DNA of 64,000 nt from an uncultured Candidatus Poseidoniales archaeon (GTDB lineage Archaea; Thermoplasmatota; Poseidoniia; Poseidoniales; Poseidoniaceae), in assembly GCA_964526385.1 (NCBI GenBank), contig CAZGJD010000001.1, forward strand, positions 86,355 to 150,354, given 5' to 3'. The position numbers and the translations under genes are program-made. The notes beneath the pieces are model-generated. The model made no database searches. It saw only the letters and a program-made list of their open reading frames with translations, and had not been told where the DNA came from. Shown here in pieces: positions 48,852-57,764 of this stretch (position 1 is its first letter; the number at the start of each line of letters is the position of its first letter).

Positions 48852-50033
48852 ATGCGTGACACAGATGTTGAGTCCAAAGGCGACTCACTTAGTGGAATGC
48901 ATGTACTTCTGGGAGTAACTGGTGGGATTGCGGCTGTGGACACAGTTCGCTTAACAAGAGAATTAAGACGCCATGGAGCAGAGGTAACTGTAATAATGAC
49001 AAAATCATCACAGAGAATAATCACTCCTTTAGCTGTTAGATGGGGTTCTCAAGGGCAAGTAATTACTGAATGGGATGGCGATTTATCATCACTCGAGAAT
49101 TTTGATGCAGTATTGGTAACACCTGCGACAAAGAATATCATGGCTTCATTTTCTCACGGCATGATGAATGGTCCGCTATTAATGGCATTATCTGCAGCAA
49201 GAGGAAAAAAAATTCCGATTATGTTCGTTCCATCAATGCATAAAGATCTAGCAAACGATGTTGTTACAAAGGAAATTGAAAAGGAATGTAGGTTATATGG
49301 TTCTGAAGTTTATTGGGGACCCAATGACGAAGGCAAAATGAAAACACCTCACCATGAAACAATTGTCGCTAAATTTGCTAATCATGTAAATCAAAACAAC
49401 ACATCTGTAGTCGTCACCCTAGGCGCTACTAAAAGTGCCATAGATGATGTTAGATTTATCCAGAACACGTCAAGTGGAAGAACCGGTTTAACAATCGCTG
49501 ATTACTTATTTCGAAAAGGAATGGATGTTACATGTGTTTGTGGCGTCACAAGTGTAAATATTCCTGAATATCTTCCGTTAGTAATAAAATCTGAGGAACC
49601 TGATGAAATGCTTGAGGAACTCAAAGCTATCTCAAAAGATAATATCGACGTTTGGATACATTCTGCCGCAGTTTTAGATTATCTAGTAAAAGAATCAATA
49701 GAGGGTAAAATAGCATCACTCCAAGGTGAAATAAACGTTCCATTAACCGAAGGTGCAAAGCACATTTTGGAATTAAAGGAAAATTGCAAGGGTTCTATCC
49801 GAATTGGATTCAAGTTGGAGAGTGGAATTAAACAGAAAGACTTGATTCATAGGTCATTAGCCCAAATAGAAAAGTCTGGGATGACTGCTACAATTGCCAA
49901 TAGACTGGAAGATATTGGTAATCCTGAAAAACCAAGGGGTTGGTTGGTTGACAAAACCGGAGCTCACTACAAATTAGATTCAGAAATTCAAATTTGTGAA
50001 GCAATATTTTCAGTCATTAGTAATAACAGGTGA
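48852..50033 (+). CDS. coaBC: Phosphopantothenoylcysteine decarboxylase/synthetase
   Basis: LGVTGGIAA, PAT.N, PSMH, IDDVRFIQNTSSGRTG, AAVLDY, IGFKLE, IAN. Confidence 0.92.
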   Translation: MRDTDVESKGDSLSGMHVLLGVTGGIAAVDTVRLTRELRRHGAEVTVIMTKSSQRIITPLAVRWGSQGQVITEWDGDLSSLENFDAVLVTPATKNIMASFSHGMMNGPLLMALSAARGKKIPIMFVPSMHKDLANDVVTKEIEKECRLYGSEVYWGPNDEGKMKTPHHETIVAKFANHVNQNNTSVVVTLGATKSAIDDVRFIQNTSSGRTGLTIADYLFRKGMDVTCVCGVTSVNIPEYLPLVIKSEEPDEMLEELKAISKDNIDVWIHSAAVLDYLVKESIEGKIASLQGEINVPLTEGAKHILELKENCKGSIRIGFKLESGIKQKDLIHRSLAQIEKSGMTATIANRLEDIGNPEKPRGWLVDKTGAHYKLDSEIQICEAIFSVISNNR

Positions 50034-50037
50034 TGGA

Positions 50038-50631
50038 ATGCGTAGATTCGTCATTGTCGGAACAAGGGCAATGTCAAAGGGCAAACTACCTATCAATGAC
50101 TTAGCGGGTGGCGCAGGAAGAATGGATGTTCTAATCCGCGCATTAATGGCTTCAATCCTAACTAGCCACGGATTGAGGGAAGATGTTGAGTTTACCATGA
50201 TTTTATGTGGAGGGCCAGGCCCTACAAGAAGATTGAAATTTGTTTCAAACGAACTTCGAGGTATTCACGCAGAGGAACGTTCAATCGCTGGTAAAATTTC
50301 TTCCGTACTCAATACTCCATTACCACCAAGAGGCCATTATATCGAAAGGTCGCCAGGAATTTATGACGGTGGGGGTGATTTAGAAATGACTGTTAAAGAA
50401 TGGAATTGTCCGGTTATCCGTTTAGATGCCAATGCAGATTCGTTATACAGTGGTCAAATTCCAGGTAACTTCATTGTTGATGATATTGGATTTATCCTTG
50501 GTGACGATAAACCTCTAGATTGCAATTTAGGTACGCCTAAAAGTCTTGGTTCAAATTGGTTACAGGGTAATGCTTGCATAAGCATAATTCATTTTTTGTT
50601 AGATGAAGGAATACAAATCAACGTAAATTAG
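50038..50631 (+). CDS. trmY: tRNA (pseudouridine54-N1)-methyltransferase
   Basis: MRRFVIVG, DLAGGAGRMDVLIR, SHGLREDV, ERS, FILGD, SLG..WL (SPOUT). Confidence 0.9.
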   Translation: MRRFVIVGTRAMSKGKLPINDLAGGAGRMDVLIRALMASILTSHGLREDVEFTMILCGGPGPTRRLKFVSNELRGIHAEERSIAGKISSVLNTPLPPRGHYIERSPGIYDGGGDLEMTVKEWNCPVIRLDANADSLYSGQIPGNFIVDDIGFILGDDKPLDCNLGTPKSLGSNWLQGNACISIIHFLLDEGIQINVN

Positions 50632-50673
50632 GTCGATAATATCAATTAAATTGTTTGACTAACACGTCAGCAT

Positions 50674-53298
50674 ATGCGGGAGAAGTATGCCTTTCCCTCG
50701 CACACAAAGCGAGCGGGATTCGCAGTAATTCTTTCAATATTTTTTTTGCTACCCGGTTGTATATCAAGCGATACAGAATCAGTTTCTGAGACAATTAATG
50801 ACGGCCCGATTATTTTAGAGGTATGGCATACCTTTGCAGCGGAGAGTAAAGAAGAACAAGTATTCACAAATGCGATAAAAACATTTGAAGAAAACAACCC
50901 AAACATTACCGTAGAAATTACAATGATTCCATTCGGTAATGCAGACCAATTATTTATGACTGCAGCACAAGGTGGTCAGGCACCTGATTTGATGAGGTTA
51001 TCATCCGACCAACTCGGTGCGATAGGAGAGGTTCGAGTCGACGGTTTTCCGCTTCTTGAGGACCTAAGACCCCATCTTACACCTGTACAAAGGAACCAGT
51101 TTGATGATCGAGCCTTACAAGCTATGAGGTATGGTGATGACTTATTTGGGATACCTGCAAGTCAGGATTGCTTATCATTAATCTATAATAAGGCAATATT
51201 TGATTCGCAAGGTATTGATTATCCAACAGAAACATGGGACGAAAACGACTTATTAGAGGCCGCAAAAGAACTCACCTACCAAGATGTCAATGGCTTAGCT
51301 TTACCAATAAAATCCGCTTACTGGTGGTTTGGTTTTCAAGGAGGTTTCGGTGGAGATTTATTCGATTCACAGGGTAACCCAACTCTAAACTCTAATGGGT
51401 CAAGTGAGTCTATGACGTGGATGTTAGATTTGGAATTAGAGCACGATGTTGTCGCTACTGGAACACAAATTGAAGGTATGAAAAACCAGTTTATCGAATC
51501 AAAAGCTGCTATGATAATTGACGGACCTTGGAATTGGGCGACATACGAAGCAAGCAGGTTGAACATAGGGCAAACCACATTACCTCTTATTGAATCAACT
51601 GGAGAAAAGATGTCCCCTCTTGTAACTTACAAAGGATGGTCTGTGAGTAAGCAAAGTAACCAGAAAATTGCTTCTGTAGAATTAGCTCTATGGCTATCGT
51701 CCGCAGAAGTGCAAAAGGAATTTGCACTCGAGACATATACAATGCCAACGCATAGTCAACTTGAGGGCGATAATGAAATCAATAATGACGTAGTAATTTC
51801 AGGTTTTTTGAATCAGACAAAATTTGGCACACCTGCACCAACTACTAGAGCCATGTCTCTCGTATATGGGCCCCTATCAACTGCATTTGAGCAGGCATAT
51901 TCTGGAATTTCATCTACACAGGAAGCGTTAGATGGTGCAAATGAAGAATTGATTTCACAGATAGAAGGACTACAAAGGGCTGAACCAGTTTCCCAAAATG
52001 AAGGTTATCGAACAATTTTTGTCGATATTGATACAAATAATGCAAGTAATTACACAATTTTTGTCGACAGTAAATTACATACGGTGATAAAAATAGATAG
52101 TAGCCTAACTGGGAAAATTAAAAATTACGACACGTGCTTATCGAATGGAACAGAATTATACGATAATGAAGGCTACAAATTACTTCCATCTAATGCATCG
52201 AATTTTTCATGCGGTTTGACTGGGATGATTCCGAATTATTTACACGATATCGAGGTTTTCGCTGACGGGGTTCTAATTTTTAGCAAGGTCGATTCGACAT
52301 CTGTTGAAGACCAACGACCAATCTCTGGTGATACTTCTGCAATTTTGTTTGCAATCGGAGCAATCACTCTTTCACTAATCGCATTGCTTAGTTATGGCAA
52401 GTATAGGGATAAAAAAATGAATCGTACAAAGTCTAAATTAGCCCATTTCTACATTGCACCTGCGCTACTTTCTCTTGCAATATTGACATTTTACCCGGTC
52501 CTTTACGGATTTTGGCTCGCCTTCACAGATGCGGATCAAACTCACCTTGGAGAGCAATCATTCATAGGACTGCAAAATTTCTGGGAAGTATTTACAGCAT
52601 CTGGATTTATTCGAGTCACTCTCTTCACAATAGTATGGACAATTGTAAATGTTACCGCTCACATTGGAATCGGTTTGTTCTTAGCACTTATACTGCAGAA
52701 TAAAAATATCAAGGGAAAAATTGCATATCGAACTATATTATTACTTCCATGGGCAGTACCATCTTATATTTCTGTTCTAATATGGAGAGGAATGTTCCAA
52801 CCTGACGGATTAGTGAATGATATATTAGGGACAAATATCGATTTCCTTTCTGACCCAAATTTGGCACAGATAGTTGTAATTCTAGTTAACATATGGCTTG
52901 GTGTACCATTCATGATGATGTCGATAAGTGGTGCTTTACAAGCCCTGCCAAAAGATATGTACGAAGCTGCAGAAATCGATGGTGTCACAGGCTGGGATTC
53001 ATTCAAATTTTTAACACTGCCAAATCTAAAAAGCGCATTAGTACCTTTATCACTATTAGGATTCATTTGGACTTTTAACATGTTCAACGTTATTTATTTG
53101 ATGACAGATGGTGGTCCAAATTTATACTTTGGAGAGCCAGGGCAGACTGATATTTTGATTACTTACGTGTATGATGTAGCTTTCAGAGATGGTGCTTATG
53201 GTATTGCGGCAGCCTGGTCGGTCATCATATTCATGATGTTGATGGCATTTTCATGGTATTACATGAAACAAACTGATGCTACGGAGGCAGCTGTATGA
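50674..53298 (+). CDS. Fused maltodextrin-binding protein and MalF-type permease
   Basis: Lipobox-like LLPGC, SBP family 1 motifs (APDL, LIYNK, AAMIIDGPW), then TM helices, LLLPWAVP and EAA loop LQALPKDMYEAAEIDG, all in one frame. Confidence 0.9.
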   Translation: MREKYAFPSHTKRAGFAVILSIFFLLPGCISSDTESVSETINDGPIILEVWHTFAAESKEEQVFTNAIKTFEENNPNITVEITMIPFGNADQLFMTAAQGGQAPDLMRLSSDQLGAIGEVRVDGFPLLEDLRPHLTPVQRNQFDDRALQAMRYGDDLFGIPASQDCLSLIYNKAIFDSQGIDYPTETWDENDLLEAAKELTYQDVNGLALPIKSAYWWFGFQGGFGGDLFDSQGNPTLNSNGSSESMTWMLDLELEHDVVATGTQIEGMKNQFIESKAAMIIDGPWNWATYEASRLNIGQTTLPLIESTGEKMSPLVTYKGWSVSKQSNQKIASVELALWLSSAEVQKEFALETYTMPTHSQLEGDNEINNDVVISGFLNQTKFGTPAPTTRAMSLVYGPLSTAFEQAYSGISSTQEALDGANEELISQIEGLQRAEPVSQNEGYRTIFVDIDTNNASNYTIFVDSKLHTVIKIDSSLTGKIKNYDTCLSNGTELYDNEGYKLLPSNASNFSCGLTGMIPNYLHDIEVFADGVLIFSKVDSTSVEDQRPISGDTSAILFAIGAITLSLIALLSYGKYRDKKMNRTKSKLAHFYIAPALLSLAILTFYPVLYGFWLAFTDADQTHLGEQSFIGLQNFWEVFTASGFIRVTLFTIVWTIVNVTAHIGIGLFLALILQNKNIKGKIAYRTILLLPWAVPSYISVLIWRGMFQPDGLVNDILGTNIDFLSDPNLAQIVVILVNIWLGVPFMMMSISGALQALPKDMYEAAEIDGVTGWDSFKFLTLPNLKSALVPLSLLGFIWTFNMFNVIYLMTDGGPNLYFGEPGQTDILITYVYDVAFRDGAYGIAAAWSVIIFMMLMAFSWYYMKQTDATEAAV

Positions 53299-54542
53299 TT
53301 AATTCTAACGAAATGAAGGATTGGTACATACCTGTTGAAATTAGTACCCTAAAAAAATGGATTTTTGTATCCTGTGTAGTAAATACGTTGTTACTTACAT
53401 TCGAATTGCTCAGAAACGATATGACAATAATTATGGCTAGCATTCTTGCTACTATTTCACTTGTCACATTGTACTATTATTTGCCAGCAGTAAACCAATC
53501 TAAACAAAGGGACATTTCTCTCGGTTTAAGTGCGATTATTTTTGGAATAGGAATATACAAGTTAATCTCAATACCATTTACGCTGTTCAACATTTGGCTA
53601 TCCGCTTGGATTATTGTCCCTTCATTAATTTCATTGCAGTGGCTATCTAGTCGGCCAGTAACGGTTTGGACTTCACAAGATCTATCTAGAAAAGCAGTAG
53701 AATATGGATTGGAAAGGAATTTCAATCTCGAAAAGAAATATTCTATTTATTCAAACCATGTTACACTCCTGCATTTTGTCTTTTTGACGATTCTACCTTT
53801 GATTTGGATTATTGATATTGCATTCTCATCAGGTAATGCATTAGGAGGACAACTAGGAGACTCATTTACAACAGACCATTTCGAGAAGATTCTGACTGGG
53901 GATTCATTCTGGGTCTGGCTTACAAATTCACTTATTGTAAGCATCGGAACATGCATACTAGGCCTCACAATTGCTATTCCAGCAGGTTATGCATTTAGTA
54001 GATTCAAGTTTTCAGGGAGGGACGTTTCGATGTTTGCATTTTTGTTGGTCCAAATGTTCCCAGGAATTATCATCCTGGTTCCTTACTTTTTAGTAATGAA
54101 ATCTTTGGGTTTGCTCAATACACATCTAGGGTTGATTTTGGCATACTGTGTAACCGCTTTGCCTTTGTGTGTATGGATGCTAAAAGGTTTCTTCGACACC
54201 ATCCCTAGAGAACTTGAAGAAGCAGCTGCACTCGATGGTTGTAATCAATTCCAAATTTTCACAAAGGTCGTTCTACCACTCTCGATGCCAGCTGTTGCTG
54301 TGACTGGGCTGTTCAGTTTCCTAGCAGCGTGGAACGAATTTTTGCTTGCATTAACTTTCAACACATCGAATGATATGTACACCTTGCCAGTAGGCCTCGC
54401 TTCGATGATATCCTCTACTGGTCAAGCTTGGGGTGATTTCGCAGCAGCAAGCATTTTGGTGAGTTTACCAGTTGCGTTATTATTTTTGATATTCCAGAAA
54501 TTTTTGATTGAAGGTTTATCTGCAGGTGGAGTAAAAGGTTGA
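53295..54542 (+). CDS. malG: MalG-type sugar ABC permease with extra N-terminal TM block
   Basis: NSLIVS, AGYAFSRF, QMFP, KGFFDTIPRELEEAAALDG, AWNEF, GLSAGGVKG. Confidence 0.9.
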   Translation: MINSNEMKDWYIPVEISTLKKWIFVSCVVNTLLLTFELLRNDMTIIMASILATISLVTLYYYLPAVNQSKQRDISLGLSAIIFGIGIYKLISIPFTLFNIWLSAWIIVPSLISLQWLSSRPVTVWTSQDLSRKAVEYGLERNFNLEKKYSIYSNHVTLLHFVFLTILPLIWIIDIAFSSGNALGGQLGDSFTTDHFEKILTGDSFWVWLTNSLIVSIGTCILGLTIAIPAGYAFSRFKFSGRDVSMFAFLLVQMFPGIIILVPYFLVMKSLGLLNTHLGLILAYCVTALPLCVWMLKGFFDTIPRELEEAAALDGCNQFQIFTKVVLPLSMPAVAVTGLFSFLAAWNEFLLALTFNTSNDMYTLPVGLASMISSTGQAWGDFAAASILVSLPVALLFLIFQKFLIEGLSAGGVKG

Positions 54543-54546
54543 TAAT

Positions 54547-55317
54547 ATGGTTGAAGTAGAATTTACTGGCGTAAAAAAGCAATATGACGATGGATTTGTC
54601 GCTGTTGAAGACTTAAATCTGAAAGTGGAAGATGGCGAATTCCTAGTTTTATTAGGTCCATCTGGGTGTGGAAAATCAACAACTCTCAGAATGCTTGCGG
54701 GATTGGAAGATATTTCTGAAGGGAAAATAAAGATTGGAGGTATGAAAGTAAACCATCTTCCACCTATGGCGAGAAACTTGGGAATGGTTTTCCAATCTTA
54801 TGCACTTTATCCACACATGAGTATAATGGAAAATCTATCCTTTGGCTTAAAAATGGCTAAGGGCGAAGCGAGGATTCCTGACGAGGACATAAAGGAAAGA
54901 GTACATGAAATTTCTAAACTACTAGAATTAGCTGACCACTTGGAAAAGAAACCTAAGGAACTTAGCGGTGGCCAAAGGCAAAGAGTAGCCCTTGGTAGAG
55001 CTTTAGTCAGAAGACCCAAAGTTCTCCTAATGGATGAACCACTATCAAATTTAGACGCAGAACTACGACACAACATGAGGAAGGAGATTAAAAGACTACA
55101 CAATGAACTTGGCACAACCACAATTTACGTCACACACGATCAAATAGAAGCGATGACCTTAGCAGATAGAATAGCGATATTAGACAAAGGTATTCTGCAA
55201 CAACATTGTGCTCCTCTTGATGCTTACAATAATCCCGCAAATGAATTTGTGAAGGATTTTTTGTGCAAACACATCGATGATTTAATAGAAACTGCTAATT
55301 CATTATTCAAAAAGTAA
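54547..55317 (+). CDS. malK: MalK/MsmX-type ABC ATPase lacking the C-terminal regulatory domain
   Basis: GPSGCGKST, VFQSYALYPHM, LSGGQRQR, DEPLSNLD, VTHDQ. Ends at 256 aa. Confidence 0.92.
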   Translation: MVEVEFTGVKKQYDDGFVAVEDLNLKVEDGEFLVLLGPSGCGKSTTLRMLAGLEDISEGKIKIGGMKVNHLPPMARNLGMVFQSYALYPHMSIMENLSFGLKMAKGEARIPDEDIKERVHEISKLLELADHLEKKPKELSGGQRQRVALGRALVRRPKVLLMDEPLSNLDAELRHNMRKEIKRLHNELGTTTIYVTHDQIEAMTLADRIAILDKGILQQHCAPLDAYNNPANEFVKDFLCKHIDDLIETANSLFKK

Positions 55318-55334
55318 TAAACTGAGGTGGAAAA

Positions 55335-57764
55335 ATGCGAATACAGATTTTTCTGATTGGATTGTTGGTATTTTCGTATATTCCTTTAACTGCAAATGTC
55401 ACAACAGCATCCACACATGAGCACAACAACTATCATTCTATAGAATATGTTGGAATTGCAAACCAAGTTCAAATTATTGGAGAATGGGACTGGTCTCAAC
55501 CGATAGATTTGCTCCAAGAAAATGGAGTTTGGACTGTAAATCTTGATTTAGAAGAGGGATTATATTGTTACAAATTTATTGTTAATAGCGAATATATTTT
55601 TGACCCTGCTAACCCTGAAAGAGTTTTCTGTGACGGAATAGAAAACTCATTGCTTAGAGTGAAAGACAACCTTCGACCTAGTTTTAGCGCTGAATTAGTG
55701 GGTGATTCCTTGATAGTATACTACCATCCAGGTGTATCAGGGGCCGGTTTAGTTGAAACGCCCCAAGCTTTGCAAGGGGCGCTATGGGATGATTCAAACC
55801 TACTATGGGATTACAATCTTTCAGACTTGGATGAAGGAAAACATAGTCTACTTATCGAGGGAGTTGATGATGATGGAAACATTGCTTACGACCTATTAGT
55901 ACCGTTTTGGACAGGTGAACATTCAGAATTCATTTGGGATGATGCACTGATCTACATGATAATGACTGATAGATTCGTAAATGGAAATACATCCAATGAT
56001 GGCCCATCAACTGACGCCGCACAGGGTGCGGACTGGCAAGGAGGGGATTTTGCTGGAGTCACCGAAATGATAAATTCTGGATATTTTGCTGACATTGGAG
56101 TTAATGCGTTGTGGCTCACCCCGTTCAATGAAGCAGCGACAAGTACGGGAAAAGCATCTGATGAGGTTCATGATGTTTCATCATTTCATGGTTATTGGCC
56201 TAAATCAGCACGGGATATTGAGCCACGTCTTGGAACAGAGGATGAACTTATTCAACTCGTAGAAACCGCACACGACAACGGAATTCGAGTGATGATGGAT
56301 TTTGTTGTAAATCACGTCCACCAGGAACATGATTACTTTATTGAAAATCCAGATTGGTTCAATTCAGGATGCATCTGTGGAACAAATGCTTGTGATTGGA
56401 CAGAATTTCGCCTCGAATGTCAATTTACATCTTACATGCCGGACGTAAATTGGAAGAACCGAAATGCCTCAGAGCAATTCATTTCTGATGCACTTTGGTG
56501 GATTGAAACATTCAACCTTGATGGTGCGAGAATAGATGCTGTAAAGCATGTCGATGACCTTGCAATCAGAAACCTGGTAGCACAAATCAATAAAAGATTT
56601 GAGACGGTTGGTACTGATTATTACCTCAAGGGAGAAACTGCAATGGGATGGTCAGGTCATTCGTTAGAACTGAATCAGGACCAATATGGCACCATAAATT
56701 CCTACATGGGTGATGATGGTTTAGATGGTCAAGCAGATTTTGTTTTGTATCATGCTGTCGTTGACAATGTATTTGTCAACGGAGTAGAGGATTACCAACA
56801 TCTAGACTATTGGACAAATCGAAGTCAGGATCAATACACTCCTGGTGCAATAATGGTACCATATGTAGGGAGCCACGATGTCCCAAGAATAACAAGCAGG
56901 GCTGATTCTGGAACTTTCGATGCCTATAACCAGTGGCCTGAAGATGGTCTTCCAGGACAACCGGGTGGTTCAGACTCCTATAATGCAACTCTTCAAGCAT
57001 ATGGTTGGCTGTTAACCACTCCTGGGGCTCCGTTATTGTATTATGGAGATGAGTATGGCGAGTTTGGTGGTGCTGACCCAGATAATAGGCACATGTATAG
57101 AAACAGTAGTCAATGGAGTTCTTTAGAATCAGAATTGTTTGAAAAAATTAGCGCAATAGGGAAAATCCGACAGGATTCCTCTGCCTTGAAGCGTGGGGTT
57201 TATTCTACAATTTATTCTGAGTCTGATAGTTTGGTATACTCTATGAAATCTGATTTTGAGGAAATGTATGTTGTCCTAAATCGTGGCGATTCTTGGGTAT
57301 TTGATGGAGTACAAGATAGCGATATCGTTCATTTTGGTTCATCAGAGATTATATCAAATTCAATTATTGTCCCAAAAAATTCAGTTCTTATTATCGAAAA
57401 AATATATTCAAATGATAGTAATGAATCATTCTTTGGATGCACCGATATTCTCGCTACAAATTACAACGAAAGTGCAAACGAGGACGACGACTCTTGTGTA
57501 TATGAAGAAGTGGTAGAAACAAATAATACGACAGAAGAAAACAATTCCCAAGAAAAAATTGGTTGCATGGAAAAGGTAGCATTGAATTATGATCCACAAG
57601 CCACAGAAAACGATCAGAGTTGTGAATATAAAACTGATTCAGAGGATGAACTGAAATCAATAAGTGATAGTAATGTTGGAATCATAATTAGAACTGTATT
57701 ACTAGTTGGAGTGGTGATTGCTGGAATTGCCCTCTATTCAATGAGAAAAGAAAATTTCAAATGA
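55335..57764 (+). CDS. Secreted, C-terminally anchored GH13 alpha-amylase with N-terminal CBM48-like domain
   Basis: Signal peptide; GEWDW..W...L..G.Y.YKF.V...DPANP; DRF.NG, GGDF.G, HGYWP, DFVVNH, RIDAVKH, GE, SHD catalytic regions; C-terminal TM plus RK. Confidence 0.92.
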   Translation: MRIQIFLIGLLVFSYIPLTANVTTASTHEHNNYHSIEYVGIANQVQIIGEWDWSQPIDLLQENGVWTVNLDLEEGLYCYKFIVNSEYIFDPANPERVFCDGIENSLLRVKDNLRPSFSAELVGDSLIVYYHPGVSGAGLVETPQALQGALWDDSNLLWDYNLSDLDEGKHSLLIEGVDDDGNIAYDLLVPFWTGEHSEFIWDDALIYMIMTDRFVNGNTSNDGPSTDAAQGADWQGGDFAGVTEMINSGYFADIGVNALWLTPFNEAATSTGKASDEVHDVSSFHGYWPKSARDIEPRLGTEDELIQLVETAHDNGIRVMMDFVVNHVHQEHDYFIENPDWFNSGCICGTNACDWTEFRLECQFTSYMPDVNWKNRNASEQFISDALWWIETFNLDGARIDAVKHVDDLAIRNLVAQINKRFETVGTDYYLKGETAMGWSGHSLELNQDQYGTINSYMGDDGLDGQADFVLYHAVVDNVFVNGVEDYQHLDYWTNRSQDQYTPGAIMVPYVGSHDVPRITSRADSGTFDAYNQWPEDGLPGQPGGSDSYNATLQAYGWLLTTPGAPLLYYGDEYGEFGGADPDNRHMYRNSSQWSSLESELFEKISAIGKIRQDSSALKRGVYSTIYSESDSLVYSMKSDFEEMYVVLNRGDSWVFDGVQDSDIVHFGSSEIISNSIIVPKNSVLIIEKIYSNDSNESFFGCTDILATNYNESANEDDDSCVYEEVVETNNTTEENNSQEKIGCMEKVALNYDPQATENDQSCEYKTDSEDELKSISDSNVGIIIRTVLLVGVVIAGIALYSMRKENFK
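57435..57629 (+). repeat. Two 23-aa Cys-bracketed repeats GCxDxxAxNYxxxAxxDDxSCxY within the GH13 gene
   Basis: GCTDILATNYNESANEDDDSCVY (57435-57503) and GCMEKVALNYDPQATENDQSCEY (57561-57629). Confidence 0.8.

Noticed and set aside
48852-49400. CoaC domain lacking the bacterial substrate-clamp Cys motif (PSMH, NDEGKMK)
   Set aside because: Archaeal Methanocaldococcus-type CoaBC is known to lack this Cys motif, so it is not evidence of a pseudogene.
50632-50673. Possible TrmB/TGM-like operator (TATCAC-N5-GTGATA) before the mal genes, also sought at 60699-60750
   Set aside because: Only a partial half-site match in AT-rich DNA and no true dyad.
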